Shown piece by piece: positions 15,266-30,266 of a DNA stretch of 64,000 nt (positions are counted from its first letter, which is position 1; the number at the start of each line of letters is the position of its first letter). The stretch lies in NCBI RefSeq assembly GCF_009914755.1, contig NC_060934.1. One strand, written 5' to 3'. Made by a program: the position numbers and the translations under genes. This stretch comes from the human T2T-CHM13v2.0 reference genome, Homo sapiens. The notes under the pieces were generated by a model. That model did no database searches. It was not told where the DNA came from and saw only the letters and a program-made list of their open reading frames with translations.

Positions 15266-17065
15266 AGCAATGTTTCCCATTTGTGTTCCATAGAGACTCT
15301 GTCGCCTAAAGAAATGTTATTAGGTGGTTCTTCCGTAAAAGAGTTTGGTGTTCAATAAGTTGAGAAATGCTGGGAATGATACAGGACATTTCAATCCATG
15401 AGTGTGAACACATCCACCCTCTTTGATGATCTCTGTCCCATTCATATTGCACGTCCTTCAAGTTTCCCCAAGGTCTTTTCTGGTCTCCCAAATTTTGGCC
15501 ATAACAGAAACTGTGTGAAAGAATGTGGGTCAATCTATATAGTTCACCCCCTGATGGAAAAAAAAACACTGTCAGCACATACTGTATTCAACCAGTCTGG
15601 ATCAGCAGCGTCACCTCTGTATGGAAGTGCACACGTTTAAAATATGGCGATGCCTGCTGTTTCAGATGGACTTCTCCATCCAGTGCTCTTATGCTCAGGC
15701 AATCAGCGCAGTGAGCTGGCACACTTCATGTCATTTGCAAACACAATGTAGTGAAGGAATACAGAAAAGCAGGTTTTCAAATATAGCTTTTCACAACTGA
15801 GATTTGGGAATGTTCAAGTGATCTCAGCATTCCCATGGATTTGCAGCTCAAAAAACAGTTTCTCCCAAATACTTGAAAGTTATCATGAGTTGACTCTTAC
15901 AATCACCTCATTTTTCTAGTCACTTATGTCAAAACAAAGCTTTGCTCCTTTACAACTAGCATTTTGCTTGTTCACAGTGGGGCAGACAGCTGCGTTCACT
16001 GATTCAGGCTCTTGCCTCTTTTCTCTTAAACTCTTTTTCACTCACTACTATGAGGAAGATTGTAGAATTTGGAGCCTGTCTGTATGCACACACACAAAAA
16101 TAACAATTCTGTGTTCTTATCTTTAGGACACTTTTTACCACTTTAGCTATTTAACTTGGCTTAACCAAGCAGCTGGTTTACCTTTAGCTATTTATTTCTA
16201 CCAAGTTCTACCAAAAAGAAAGAAAAGAAAAATAAAATCACCTAAATTAAGTGAAATACCCTTTTTGTGGGGTGGGAGAGGAAGAGGAGGAAGGGATGCA
16301 TCTTCAAAACGTCAAATAAACAATTTGCGTAAAGCCCATCATTTCTCTTTTTGGCATCTGATCATCAGGTCTTTTCATTCTCTTTGCTATGACCTTAATC
16401 AGACGTACTAAATACCACCTACTACTACTTAATTTACAATGAGGACAAGAAGAGCCAGAGAGAGTATTCCAAACCAATGTCTTAAACAATGGCATTCATT
16501 ATAATAGATATCATAATTATATTACATTAATTTCATACAGGAGAATTCAATTACATATTCCAAAGAAAATCCAGAACAAGCTAATTAACATCATGATGTC
16601 CAGTTTGGTGGGAAATGATTTGGATTGGAAAATACGGCTTCACGTCTTGAAGTCTACTAAGAAAATCACATTGCAAACACTAAACTATATCATTCTTAGT
16701 GGATAAACAGTAAGTATGATTATGTTTGAAATTGCAGAAGCTGTTAGGAAAAACAGAGATGTAGACAAAATAAAATTAAGAGAAAATTTTGCAAATGTTA
16801 ACTGTCATCGCCACGGTTATACAATCCTGAAGCAAAGCTGAAAAGAGTGTAACAAAATGACTGCTGGACTTGGGTTAGGGCCAAGACATCGCAAGCCACC
16901 TCACAAACAGTATTTTAAATGTTTGCTCCGGAAAAAGGAAAAACATTACCAATTGAACAAAGAACTATAAGTATTACAAGTTCACTTAAAAGCAAAAATA
17001 CTAAGTTTTCATGAGAATGAATTCCTAGTACTGTGAAAAAGAATAGTAAATCTCATGATTGGCTA

Positions 17066-17185
<120 letters not shown>

Positions 17186-17269
17186 TTATTTCCATTTAAA
17201 AGAAACGTTTCAGTGATGTACATGTGAAGCTGGTGGCTACAAATCTGGCTGTACCCCTGATAAAAACCC

Positions 17270-17787
17270 TTGGTTGTGTCCCACTGCCTGTAGAATAAAA
17301 TACAGACTCCTTACAATGGCCTGCAGCACATTATAGCACTTGAACCCTGACAGCCTCCCTGGTCCCCTCTCCTACCACTCTCACCCTTGTTCACCACACT
17401 CCAGCCACCCTGGCCTTCTCTCTGTTCCTTGAACAGGTAGTGCTTGCTCCCTGTTCAAACCTTCACACTTGCTGTGCCTGAGCCCAGACTGCTCTCCCCT
17501 GGGATCTGCATACAATTCACTCTTATCACCATGTATGCATCGGCTCAGCTCACAGGGCACCTCCCCAAGGAGGCCTCCCTAACTAGACAAGACATGCCCT
17601 CACCCTCACTCTCTAGCATACAGTCCTGTACATTTTCTTCTTAGCACTTCCTCCTATTGAAATTATACATTTATTTGCATGTCCACAGTAAAGTGTAAGC
17701 TCCAAGGAGGTATTGATTATGTTTATTTTCTATACTGCTAAAACCTCACCTATTAAAAATTCAATAATTGTTTTGATTGAATGAATG
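17270..17787 (+). mobile_element. L2 3' fragment
   Basis: agaataaaatacagactccttacaatggcc; cactccagccaccctggcctt; ends ttgattgaatgaatg. Confidence 0.7.
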
Positions 17788-18069
17788 TGATCTGATACAG
17801 TTGCAGAAAGATACCATTTGTCTGCTGAAGACAGCTTATGGAAATTTCATCCTATCTCTTAACTTACACAATAAATGTTATAATATATGCTGGGTACCAT
17901 GGTGCAATGGTTTGGATGTGGTTTGTTCCCACCAAAACTCATGTTGAAATTTGATCCCCAGTGTGGCAGTGTTGGGAGGTGGGGCCTAGTGGGAGGGGTT
18001 TGGGTCATGGGATCTGTGACAGGGGAGGGATAAGGAAGTGAGCTCTTACTCAGAAATAAATTTGTTCCC

Positions 18070-19062
<993 letters not shown>

Positions 19063-19200
19063 AGGGAAGGGAAGGGAAGGGAAGGGAAAGGAAGGGAAGG
19101 GAAGGGAAGGGAAGGGAAGGGAAGGGAAGGGAAGGGAAGGGAAGGAAAGGGGAAGGGGAGGGGGCGGGGGAGGGGGAGGGGGAGGGGAAGGGAAAGGGAA
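19063..19200. repeat. (GGAAG)n grading into G-runs
   Basis: Seen directly; occupies the L1 tail position. Confidence 0.95.
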
Positions 19201-20923
19201 GGCATTTGTTCCCTAGAGAACAGCTTGTTGAAAAGAGTCTGGCTTCCTTGGTTTCACTCTCTTGCTTCCTCTCTCACCATGTGATCTCTGTTCAAGCCAA
19301 CTCCCCTTTGCTTTTTGCCATGGGAGAAGCAGCCTGAGGGCCACACCAGGTGCAGCCACCCAATCTTAGCCTTTTCAGTGACCATTATTGTGAGCCAAAT
19401 AAATTTCTTTTCCTTACAAATTATGAAGCCTCAGGTATTCTGCAATAGCAACACTAAATGGACTAAGACACATGGCGAAGCTGGGTTTTGCCACTACATG
19501 ACTGACAACAGAAGAAAATGAATTTAAAGCATATCTACTCAAAGTCATTTTCTGTATCTTACAAACAAAAACAAAATACACAAAACTCCACTGTTGAAAG
19601 ATCCTTAGGTCCAAATCATAATTTGTCAAATTCTATGGTCCAATGTCATCTGTTAAATAGAATTCAAGTTTTTCTGAGACAGTCTGAATGCTATTATATA
19701 ATAAACATATTAACTTATAGTTATTATCCTTATAAAAAGGCCAGTTATCTTAATGAATAAGAGATTTGTCAGTGTTAACATTTATAAAAAGATTTCTTTG
19801 GGGACCTAATTATTTACAGTTACTATTCTGCTCCAATTTGCATCCTGAAGAAAGCATATATGTCCTCTAAATGGGCAACAAGGTCAATATCTAAATGTCA
19901 TAATGCACATTTAGAAATGCCAGGAGCCTAACTTCTTTAAAATATTCTTAAGAATACAATTTTTTTTTACTCTACAAGCTTTGCTTACTGTGCAAACAAT
20001 TTCTAATGAGAAAAGTTAAGGAGATGGTAATAGAAGAAAATTGTGAAGGTCAGACTAATGTCCTCCATGCCTGAACAAACCAGCATTTCCCTCCTGGGTG
20101 GGAGAGAGCCTAAGGCTCCCAACCACAAGCTCAGGCTTAGATAGCTCAAGGGGAAAAAGAGGGTGAGGAGGAAGACTGCTGGCTCACACATCTAATATCC
20201 ATCAATCCCCTGAACCACAAACAGTGATTTCAGTGCATCAGAAAATACAAAATAGCTCTTTCCCACAAAACAGGCAAAAGCAGTCTTGGAGACAGGGGTT
20301 AATCCACCCTACTCAGTAACATCTAACACTTTGAATGGCTCGTAGTTTCTTTGTAACCCTCAGTAGTTCTCAAACTATGTTTCTATAGAGTAGCACCAGC
20401 AAAATGGAAGAGTGGTATTCTCTAATAGAAAAAATATTTACTGGTTTACACTCTTCAAATACAAGTTTTTCTAGGGCTTTGGTGCAAGCTCCCTGTTGAT
20501 GAGTGACAGCAGATGGTAAAACAAATAACCAAGTAGCAAACTTTCATGGAAGGAAGCAGAAATATACTTTGTTAAAAATATATGGTATATATTAGTGAGA
20601 TATAGAGAAGAGCCTACGTAGAATATACTCACATGATCTTCCAAGGAAACTACTCTTAACCATTAGATAAACCTCCAGAACAAGTTTGAGAACTGTAGTC
20701 TAGAGCATCAAAGGTACTTTAATTTACTAACCATCTGAATGTCTACTGTGTGCCTGGTCCAGTGTTGTGGAAACAATAATAGACAATCAGAGGCAGTGCC
20801 TTAAGGAGACTTAGAATCTAGTGAAACTTAAATGATGATAAAGCTAATGAACACTGAGTCTTGAAGCCACTTCAGCAAATCAAGCATCAGGGCAAAAGGG
20901 TTGACGTTAGAATGGAGGTGAGA

Positions 20924-21222
20924 GGCCGGGCGTTGTGTCTCATGCCTGCAATCCTAGCATTTAGGGAGGCCAAGGCAGGTGGATTGCCTGAGCTCAGGAG
21001 TTCGAGACCAGCCTGGGCAACACAGTGAAACCCCATCTCTACTAAAATACAAAAGATAGCCAGGTATGGCGGTGTGCACCTGTAATCCCAGCTACTCAGG
21101 AGGCTGAGGCAGGAGAATTGCTTGAACCGGGAGGCGGAGTTTGCAGTGAGCTGAGATCGTGCCACTGCACTCTAGCCTGGGTGACAGGCAAAACTCCATC
21201 TCTAAAACAAACAAACAAAAAA
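20924..21222 (+). mobile_element. AluS
   Basis: Full-length Alu with AAAC tail; degenerate TSD ending ggtgaga. Confidence 0.93.
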
Positions 21223-22625
21223 GAATAATGGTGGTGAGAAACTGGAGAGTTAGAGACAGATAAAAGACATTTTTCAAGGATAAAAGCAATCAAGAAGTCT
21301 TGGCTGTGGATTCAAAGTATGGAGTGAAAGAGATGCGGTAATCAAAATTATTACAAACTTGAGTCTGTGTGACAAGGAAAATGGCAGGTTTCTTTTTTTT
21401 TAATGAAGCCAGAAAAACATGTAATGTCTTTCATAAAGAGAGGCAATTCATGAGTTCAGATTTAGATATTTGAAGCTTGAGGTGAGACTGAAATAGAGAA
21501 GTAAAAATGTCTGGCCAGGGTTCACCCTGGAATGGGGCACTCTAAGTGTGTTCAGCAGAGAAGGGGGGTGAGATAATTATGATGGTGTACAGTGGCCACA
21601 GATAAGGTCATGTGGGCAGATTCTGCATCACTTTTTGCTTCGTTATGTGCTAGGCAAAGTACCTAGAAGCTTCTCAGTATGTATGTTTTCAAGAGATGGA
21701 TAAATGAGAGAAAGCACTAGACCCAAGAATGACTTCAATTCACCAGCCCTTACTACCCCAGAGTGGGTCTTCCAGGCAGTTTACTTACATTATTTTATTT
21801 AATCATCAAGGTCATCATATGAGACTAGCATTATTATATCTATTTCACCTAATAGGAGAAAGGGTAGTTAAATACTTCATCCATTCAGTCAACAAATATT
21901 TTTTAAACACCAAAGATGTGCTAGGTACTGTTGCAGGTGTTGGGAACAAAGCAGTGGATAAAATAAAGTCTGCCCTTGTGGAACTTATATTCTCACGGAA
22001 GGAGAACAAAAAGAAATAAACCAGTGATTATCTATGGTGCACCAGATGCTAAGTATTATGGAGAAAAAGAAAGCAAGGCAAGAAGAACAGGACATGCAGG
22101 AGAATGGCCCAAGCTCACACTGCTACAAAGTGTCAAAGTCTCCTAGAGATCATGAGAAACAGAAGGCGAGAAAAGAAAAGGCCACTGGACTGAAAAAGAT
22201 AAAGGTCATAGTAGAAGAGGAAAAATAAATGAAGCTTTTCACTGGAGTTTAGCAATGAATGATGGAGAACTGGAACAGTAGCTAGCCATCTCAAACTCCC
22301 TTCTTTTTAAGATCCTTAACGATACTGCTTGAACCATTTACAATCTTTCCTGGAAGCTGGCCTACACACAAAAACTCGGTCACACTGAACACTCCCTCCA
22401 ATTCTCTTGCCGCCTGTGTCCAAAACAATAATAGGAAAGTAACTAAGCAAATATATATCAAATGCATGCTTTTAAAGGGGACCAAAATGAGTCAGCCAGT
22501 CATAGTACTGTGCTAACTCCAGTGTAAACTTGTCCTCTAGCCCAGGTCCTGGCAATGAGAAATGCAGCCTGCACTCCTCAGAGCCCAATTATGGCCCTCA
22601 GTAGTGATGAGCATGTGATATCTCC

Positions 22626-22976
22626 AACCATCACCACCACTACTACCACCATGACTATCACCACCATTCACCAACATCATCACCCACCACCACCACTACC
22701 ACCACCACCATTACCACCACCATCACCACAACCACCACAACCACTGCCATCACCTCCACAATCACCATCATCACCATCACCATCACCATTGCCACCATCA
22801 CTACCACCACTGCCACTACCATTGCCACCACCACTGCCACCACCCACCAGCATCACCCCCATCATCACCCCCACCACCACCACCAGCACCACCAACCACC
22901 ATCACCACCACCAGCACCACCAACCAGCATCACCATCACCACCACCAGCACCACCATTGCCACTGCTGCCACCACT
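22626..22976. repeat. Degenerate (CAC/CAT/CAG)n trinucleotide low-complexity tract
   Basis: About 350 bp of cac/cat/ctg/cag triplets. Confidence 0.95.
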
Positions 22977-23439
22977 GTATAATTCAAAGTAAAAAATACT
23001 TCTCAACAGAGAAATGCAAAACTTAATTTTGTGCTGATATGAAAAGAGCTTTTCCCTGGATTCAAACTGCAAACTTGTGGATAGCCTATGACTACAAACT
23101 TGTGGATAGCCCACTGAAATACAACTTTTCTAAAAATGTTTGATGTTCCCACTTTGCTGGAACCCTAAAGCTCGTGCTGAGTCAGCCTGTAGGGTCATCT
23201 TCTAGTGGCCTCCTCGCAGGAGGTGTACTGGAGTTCAAAACAATAAACCCAACTAAGCATTAAGATATTTTTCTTGGCCTAAGGACAGTGTCAAACTGCA
23301 GGATGTGATAATTTGTGAAAACGCCACATTTTAGCTCACAGTTGTATATTTACACCAATGTTTGAACTATCTATAATTAAATTAGCAGAGGAAAGTGTTT
23401 CCTATTTCAGTGAAAAGCTTCCCCATCTTGCCAATGGCT

Positions 23440-24190
23440 CATGGAAGACAACGGACAGCTATCTAACGCTTTTCTTTCCCTTAAGCCCAATAACCAAGTT
23501 ATTAACAAGCCTCTCAATTTCTTATCCCAAATCATGTTTGTGTCTGTCCCCTCCCCTCTATCTCTACCACTGCCATCTGGGGCCAAGCCACCAGCACCTC
23601 TCATCTGAACTACCTGAATGACAGTAGTTTCTCCCTGGTCTCCCTACTTCCCCTCTACCCTCCTCAGGCCACCGTTCACACAAGATCTTTCACTACCCTT
23701 CTGCACACTATACTTAAAATAAAACTCAAAATTCCGAGAGTACTGTATGACACCCTGAAGGATTTAGTATGTGCCCACTCTTCAACCTTAGCTTGCATCA
23801 TTCTCCCTCTCTGAACTCCAGCTACACTGGCATTCTTTCCGTTTTGTGGATGCACCATGCTCCTTTCCAGCGCAGGCCTTCACATGTGCCTGTAATGCTG
23901 TTCCCTCTCCACTTTCTCTCCTAAGTAACTCATTCATACTTTAGATGCTAGATAGCTCCCAGTCAGGTCTCCCTTTCTTATATATGTTCTCACTGTATTC
24001 TGATCTTCTACTTTCTGCTATGCAGCAGGTCTCAGTTCTTAATCATGTATTTGTGTAATTATTTGATTGTTTCTTTCTCACGATGGTGAGCACTGTGGAG
24101 CAAGGACCATAGCAGCCTTGCTTAGCATTTTATCTCTAGGGCCAAGTCTGGCATATGACACACAGTAGGCACTCATATGTTTGTAAATAA
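23440..24190 (+). mobile_element. Old L2 fragment
   Basis: ctctcatctgaactac..ctccctggtctccctacttcc; ctccagctacactggc; cacagtaggcactca. Confidence 0.55.
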
Positions 24191-27100
24191 CGTATTCATC
24201 CTAGGGTTATGGGCAGCTGCCAATTCTTATATATTTCTGAGTGTGTAAAGTAATGATAACTGATGCTCCCTCTTCCACCTATAGCATGCTAGCAGAGCCT
24301 AGAGGATGGAATGACTCTCATTCCCATAACAAATGCATTTCTTCCCTGAAGAGATCTATGAAAGATTAATTAGTAGCTTTTGAACCCATGACCTAGAAAA
24401 CCTGGGCAGAAAGAGTAAAAAGAGAGCATCCAACACACTTTTCAGAATACTTCACATAGAATCAGAGCCTTAGAACTGAGCAGTGCTGACTCCCATCACA
24501 TCTTCAGAATTCAGGATATTCCACTGCATAAAAAATTGAGCCTCTCTATGAGAAGGCAATACTTGGGATACACTAATGTATACCCGGATGACTGCTGGCT
24601 GGCTGTATGACTGGTGTTTCCTGAAACTCTTTTGAAAACAAAAGGTATATCCCAAGAGGACAACCCTCTGAGCAAAACATGTTTTATATACAAACAATAG
24701 CTCTATATGCAGACACAGACAAGATGCCAATAAATTCCAGTAATATTATTAGAAACAATAACAGCCCTTAATACCAGTAAATAGAAAGTTCCTTTCTCTA
24801 GAGAGTCGAAGCCACATTGAAGACATTCTCTTATTGGTTCTTACCAAATGTCTGCTAAAGGACTGAGGTCAAATATTAAGCAGCCAACTTCAAAGACTAA
24901 AAAAAAACCAAGCCACAGTGTTCAAAATTATTCCCCGAGAGACTACTGAAAGAAAACAAAACTCGAAGTCCATGGATGTTCAGAAACTGACTTCCCAACC
25001 CATGTATCCACTTGTCCAGGCCAATGAACTCCCAAGGATGCTTCAGCTAGAAACAGAACACTGATCCCCAATGGTATACCCTCCCAGAAGCCAACTTCCC
25101 CAACCACCACCTCCCACCTTGTACTTCTCTGAAGATTAGAATCAGCCAGTATTATTAAAACAGAGATTCCTGGGCCACAACCCAAACCTACTTAATCAGA
25201 ATTTCCAGAAAAGTAGGATGATGACATATAGTTAAGAAGCACTCTAGGGGATTCCTAATTGGGGAACGCTATCCTAAAGGTCCAAGTGCAACAGCCTGGG
25301 AGGACACCAGTGGCTAAAACGTGCAAGGGAGGAACTTCTTTGAGTATAGGAGTGACATGGTGTTTCTGGCCTGGTCCCCCAGGGAACACATTCCCAAAGA
25401 GAGAAAGGCTGTGCCCCTCAAAACACCATGAAAAACTTCAAATACAGGGCAGCCCAGCTGTCCTGGAAAAGGTACCACTTCTCACTTTGGTGAGCTGGAA
25501 CAGACACCAGAAGCAGCCAAGACCACAGCAATGCCCAGAGAATGGGTGAGCAGTGAGTCAGGTGCACAGGGCCAGCTTCAGAATTGGCAGAGTGGAGGTA
25601 AAGTAGACATGGGTGTGGTTTAAAAGACACTGTGAACCATAAAGAACACATTTTGGATGGAATATTGAGGACACAGGATCCAGCAGGTGAATGAGTGAGA
25701 GCAGAGGCCCCAATAAGACATTATTAGGAGTAATAATTATAGCAGCACCTGGTTTGCTGAGCAGGCTACAAGGCACTTTGCTTTCATCACCTCATTCATT
25801 CCATACACTTAGTAAATACATTCCATACACTTAGTAAACAATGATCAGACACCTGCTCCATGTGCCAGGCAGTGCTCAGCCCAGGAGACGAGTGGTTGTA
25901 ACCAATACTTCAGCTCCAAGGACACTTCTGCCCACCTCAAGCCTCTGCCAAGTTTCTTCATTCTTCTGCCTCAAAGTTTTTTGCCAGACAGGGCTCATTC
26001 CCTCAGCCTGCATGTGTGGCAGATTTAACTCCCCTGGGAGCAGCCCGCAGCCGGAAGAGAAGGTGGGGTGTGTGTGTGTGAATAAATGCTGCAGCCCTTT
26101 CCTCAACTTTCAGAGGGATAAGTCTGAGATACTGCCTACACAGTTCCTCAGAGAGACCCCAGTTGCTCAGAGTGGCAACCTACCAAGTAACACACCTGTT
26201 GTGGGCTCTTCCTCCTTCCCTAGATCCTGCTTCCTGGGACCACCTTCCTGTACCCAGCTCCTCCTATCTATCAGAATCCACCTTCAAGAGGAACCTCAAG
26301 TAAGAAAGCGGTGACAAAGTCGACACAATCTCTGTCTTTTGGAGCTTACAGTTGGGGGAAAGAGAAAAACCTCATCACACAAATGAAGATTTAGATCAGG
26401 GACAGATGCAGTGAAGGGCACAGAGTGTCACAAGTGATGGGCTGGGGGGTGGGGGTGCGGAATTTAAATGACAGGTGAATAGCTGATGAATATTTGTAAC
26501 TACGTATCACACTGGCTTCTGTGATATTACAACTGATACTCAGACTTGCAACACTTTAACTTTTAAAGTATCAATCAGGTTAGCTCTTGGAACACAAGAA
26601 TATTTTTCAAGGCACAGGGGATTTGAGTAGGCATTAATATTAATCAAGCCTAAATGCTGCCTGTTCCCTATTCAAGATTTTCTTTCTCTCCCAAAAGGAA
26701 AGAGTCATGAGTCTCTATCCTTCACCTGTCATCTTCCCTCCATCTTCATTGTCACCAGCACCTCCCACAGGGATGATATATTAGCTTCCAAGATGTACCC
26801 CTGAGTACAACACACTACAGTATAGTGTACAACACACAGTACCCAGAGTGATCGTTTAATGTCAATCTGAGTCTGTCACTCCTGTTTATAACCTCCAGTG
26901 GTTTTCTTCTAGACTTAGACAAAATCCAAGGATCAACACCCAGGCTACCAGGCCCCATGCAGCGTGTCCACCACCAACTTTTCTGACATCATCTGGTACA
27001 TTCTCTCTGCAGTTCAGCACACTCCAGCTTTACTTGTCTTTGCTGATGCGACTTGACACAAGATGAACAGAACCTGGATCAGTGTCGGTCTGAGGAGCAA

Positions 27101-28599
27101 GGGTGAGTTAATGATCAGGGAGGCAAGTTGGAGGAGCCCTGGTCTTTCCATGTCTTTGACTCAGTTAAGTTTGGCAAGCCACACCAAGCCTTTCTGACCC
27201 TTAAAATTGGTTCTTAGTCCTCTTGCTCCATCAGCTCCAGGTTCTTCCCATGCCCCCATGTCACCCAACACTATACTGATTTCATCTGTTCAGCATTTTT
27301 CATCTCCAATCCACTTCTTCTGACATCAACCTCCCTTTCCCTTGGGAAACTAGCTTTCCACAATTCTACATGAAAGGGTAAACATGTGGCCTGAACTAGG
27401 CCAGTTAGTTCCTTTCTCCCTGAAGTCAAAACTTGAGGGGGAATGAAAAGCTGTTGTATTAGCGTGGGATCATCCAGTGATAACACCTCAGAGAAACATG
27501 TCCCTGTCATTGTGATTCCAGAAATCCATGGACTAGGCCTGGTTCTTATCCTTCCCAAAGCATATTTGCCCTTAGTTCAATTTTTTAAGCTAAGCAATAG
27601 CCTTCATTTAGATTCCTTTCCTTGCCTGAATCAAACACAGTTAGTTTCCATTGTTTGCAGAGAATACCAACTACATTACCAAGAAACAACCACTTGTCAT
27701 GCAATAGCCTGGGTCTCCTTTGTTGCACACGAGCAAGATCAGCAAGACTGGCAGTAATTACACATTGAAAATGACCACTTTCTTGATCCCCACTTTTCCA
27801 ACCATGACTATTCATGGCCAACTAGGACCACTTTGTCATGTACAACCCCTTTAAAAACCTTTTTGAAATTGTCTGAATCACATGTCCAAGTTGAGCAAGC
27901 GAGTCCAAATCACTGGAATCTCAACTGGCAATTCAGTTGAGATTGAGTTGGGAAACCAACTTGTCCAAGGTATGCATAGTTTTTGGTTCAACTAGAGGGA
28001 AGCTAAGGTCTAGCTTAAAGATGTGCAGAAAAACAGATCTATGAAGGTAACCTGGGCTCTGTGCAGGATGGATATGGAAGCACAAGAATTTAGCCAGTGT
28101 ACACAAAAGCAAACTAGAGCTTGTAAAGGACCAGGTACATAAAGGACCATAATGAAATATGGCCAAGAGAGGCGTGAGATTATAGAGGGCAAACCAGAAT
28201 TCCATGGGATTGCTTATCTAAGAATCAATAAGCAGAAACTTTACTAAACTACTGAACCTATGAGTTCAGCACTGTGCTGAAAACTGCACAGTCAAAAGAA
28301 TTACAGAAAATAGGCATATATCCTATTTGAAGAGATAAACCAAACTCTTTTAATACTAGTACCATGTGTCTAGTTACATTGAACATGTTCTAACTACAGA
28401 GATCAACATGGGCTATTGAGAAAGGAGAAGGTGCATGAAAAGCTGGGAGAGAGCTGGGCTCTGAGATGAGATTAAAATTTAGATAAATGGTGGAGAGAAG
28501 AGAGAACACTAGCAGCAAGATAGATGTATTGGCAAGCCATAGATCAATACTGTGGAGCTAAGCAAAAACCTTCATGGAGGAAGGATCTCCTCTCTTATG

Positions 28600-28835
28600 G
28601 AATAGCAACATTAATCTTCCGAGCCCCTGCTGTGGGCCAGACCCTGAATGAAGCTGAACATGCAGTTCATTTAATCCTTGCGACAGTAGCTCTGGGAAGT
28701 AGATATTTTCATTTCCATCACACATCTGAAGAAATCAAAGCCCAGAGAGGTTAGGGAATCTGTCCAAGGAAGCAACAAAGCTGGAACTAGCATCCAGGTC
28801 TGCATACTGCCAAGGCCTTTCCTCTTTACACTACA
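28600..28835 (-). mobile_element. MIR
   Basis: catttaatccttgcgacag..gaagaaatcaaagcccagagaggttaggg..ccaggtctg. Confidence 0.6.
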
Positions 28836-30266
28836 GTATCTTGGATATTTCCTAGGCCCTTCCCAGGGGCTCTATTAATGTGTTTTTAGATTTATTCAAT
28901 AGGCTGGGTTTGGCCAAAACTGTTTTCTTGTGTTGGTGCTAAACTTAAGGCACTAAGAAGACTTCAACAGCTGTCTTATTCCTGCATCTACCCCTTCTCA
29001 ATCTTTCTCCCCTTGGACCCCACCCCCACTTAAATGGGTCTTGATATTTCCCTTGTCCCTGCATCTGCAGGATCATCAGAGTGCTCTTGATAAGAATTCT
29101 GTGCTACTGGACCCCTGAGAGGCTTGGCATGCTGCTCAAGAGTATAAGAAGAGACTTTCTACTGAGGCAAATGCTGAAGAAAAGAGGCATCTATGATACA
29201 AATTATGGCTTTAAACATTATTTAAACCTATAAAATCATCTGTAGTATTTGGTTTCTGATCCCAAGTGACCTAAACCACAAAGGCTGTAAGTGTCACTGA
29301 AAATTCATTTTAAGTTTTCCCAGTTAACAAAAATAAAAAATAAATCTGTTCTCTCCTAATATTCTGCTAATAGTCATGTCTGTCCCAAAGTAAGATTCAA
29401 TTGTTACTAAATAAATAAAGCCAGAGAAACAGTAGGTACTATTATTTGTCTTGCAAATAATATAAACTTATCACTTTCTGCCAATTACAAGCTTAATAGG
29501 GGATCGCTAGCAGGGAAACTTGGAAAGTAAAAGCACAAAAAATATTTTTTTAATCACCTGTAATTCATCTCCCCCCAAAATTACCACCACTAAAATATGG
29601 ATTTCTGTCTTGCTAGTATATGTTTCTGTAAATAATTATATATTAAGCAAAAATAAGAACATCTTGTGATACTGTTATGTAACTGCTTTTTTCCACTTAG
29701 ATCATGTCCCCATGTTAATAAAGACTCACATAAAACATGGTTTTAGATAAGGTATCTATCATGAAATTTAGTGGGTTTTTTTGTGTTTTTGTGTTTTTAC
29801 AGGGTGATGGTATGTCCCCTAGGGGCCATGTAGAAAATCTGGGGGCTATTTGTGATTATTACAGAAGCTGGAGTTGTCTACTGGCATTCTGTGGGCTAGA
29901 GCCAAAGGTGTCAGAGTCCCTGACATGAATGAGGCATCCCACACAACAAAGAATTTTTCCATCCCCCACATGACTTCCAAATGTCCTCTGGGAATGCTAG
30001 AGCCAGAAGCACTTTGCCCTTAGCACAATGTGAACTAGAACACCATGAAGGCTAGTGGATGAAACAGAAATATCTAGTAAATACACAAGGAAGGGGAAGA
30101 GATTAAACTGGATTGTCTCCAACATTCCACCCAGAGCCACCATCCTATGATTCCAACACATACAGAAATCCAGCCACATGACTTTTATCTAGTTCTCTCA
30201 AAGTTACTAGTTGTGTATTATATTCCTATCTTCTTCCATGATCGGACAACTGAAAATTGTATATCT

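Noticed and set aside
22555-22992. Pro/Thr/His-rich 145-aa ORF and the antisense Gly/Val-rich ORFs
   Set aside because: Artefact of the CAC triplet tract
25841-26314. Longest ORF in the track (157 aa, plus strand)
   Set aside because: No recognisable domain, overlaps old repeat-like sequence, has no supporting splice or promoter context, and its length is plausible by chance in 64 kb
26795-26850. gtacaacacac repeated twice with a small palindrome between
   Set aside because: Too short and embedded in decayed L2 sequence to interpret
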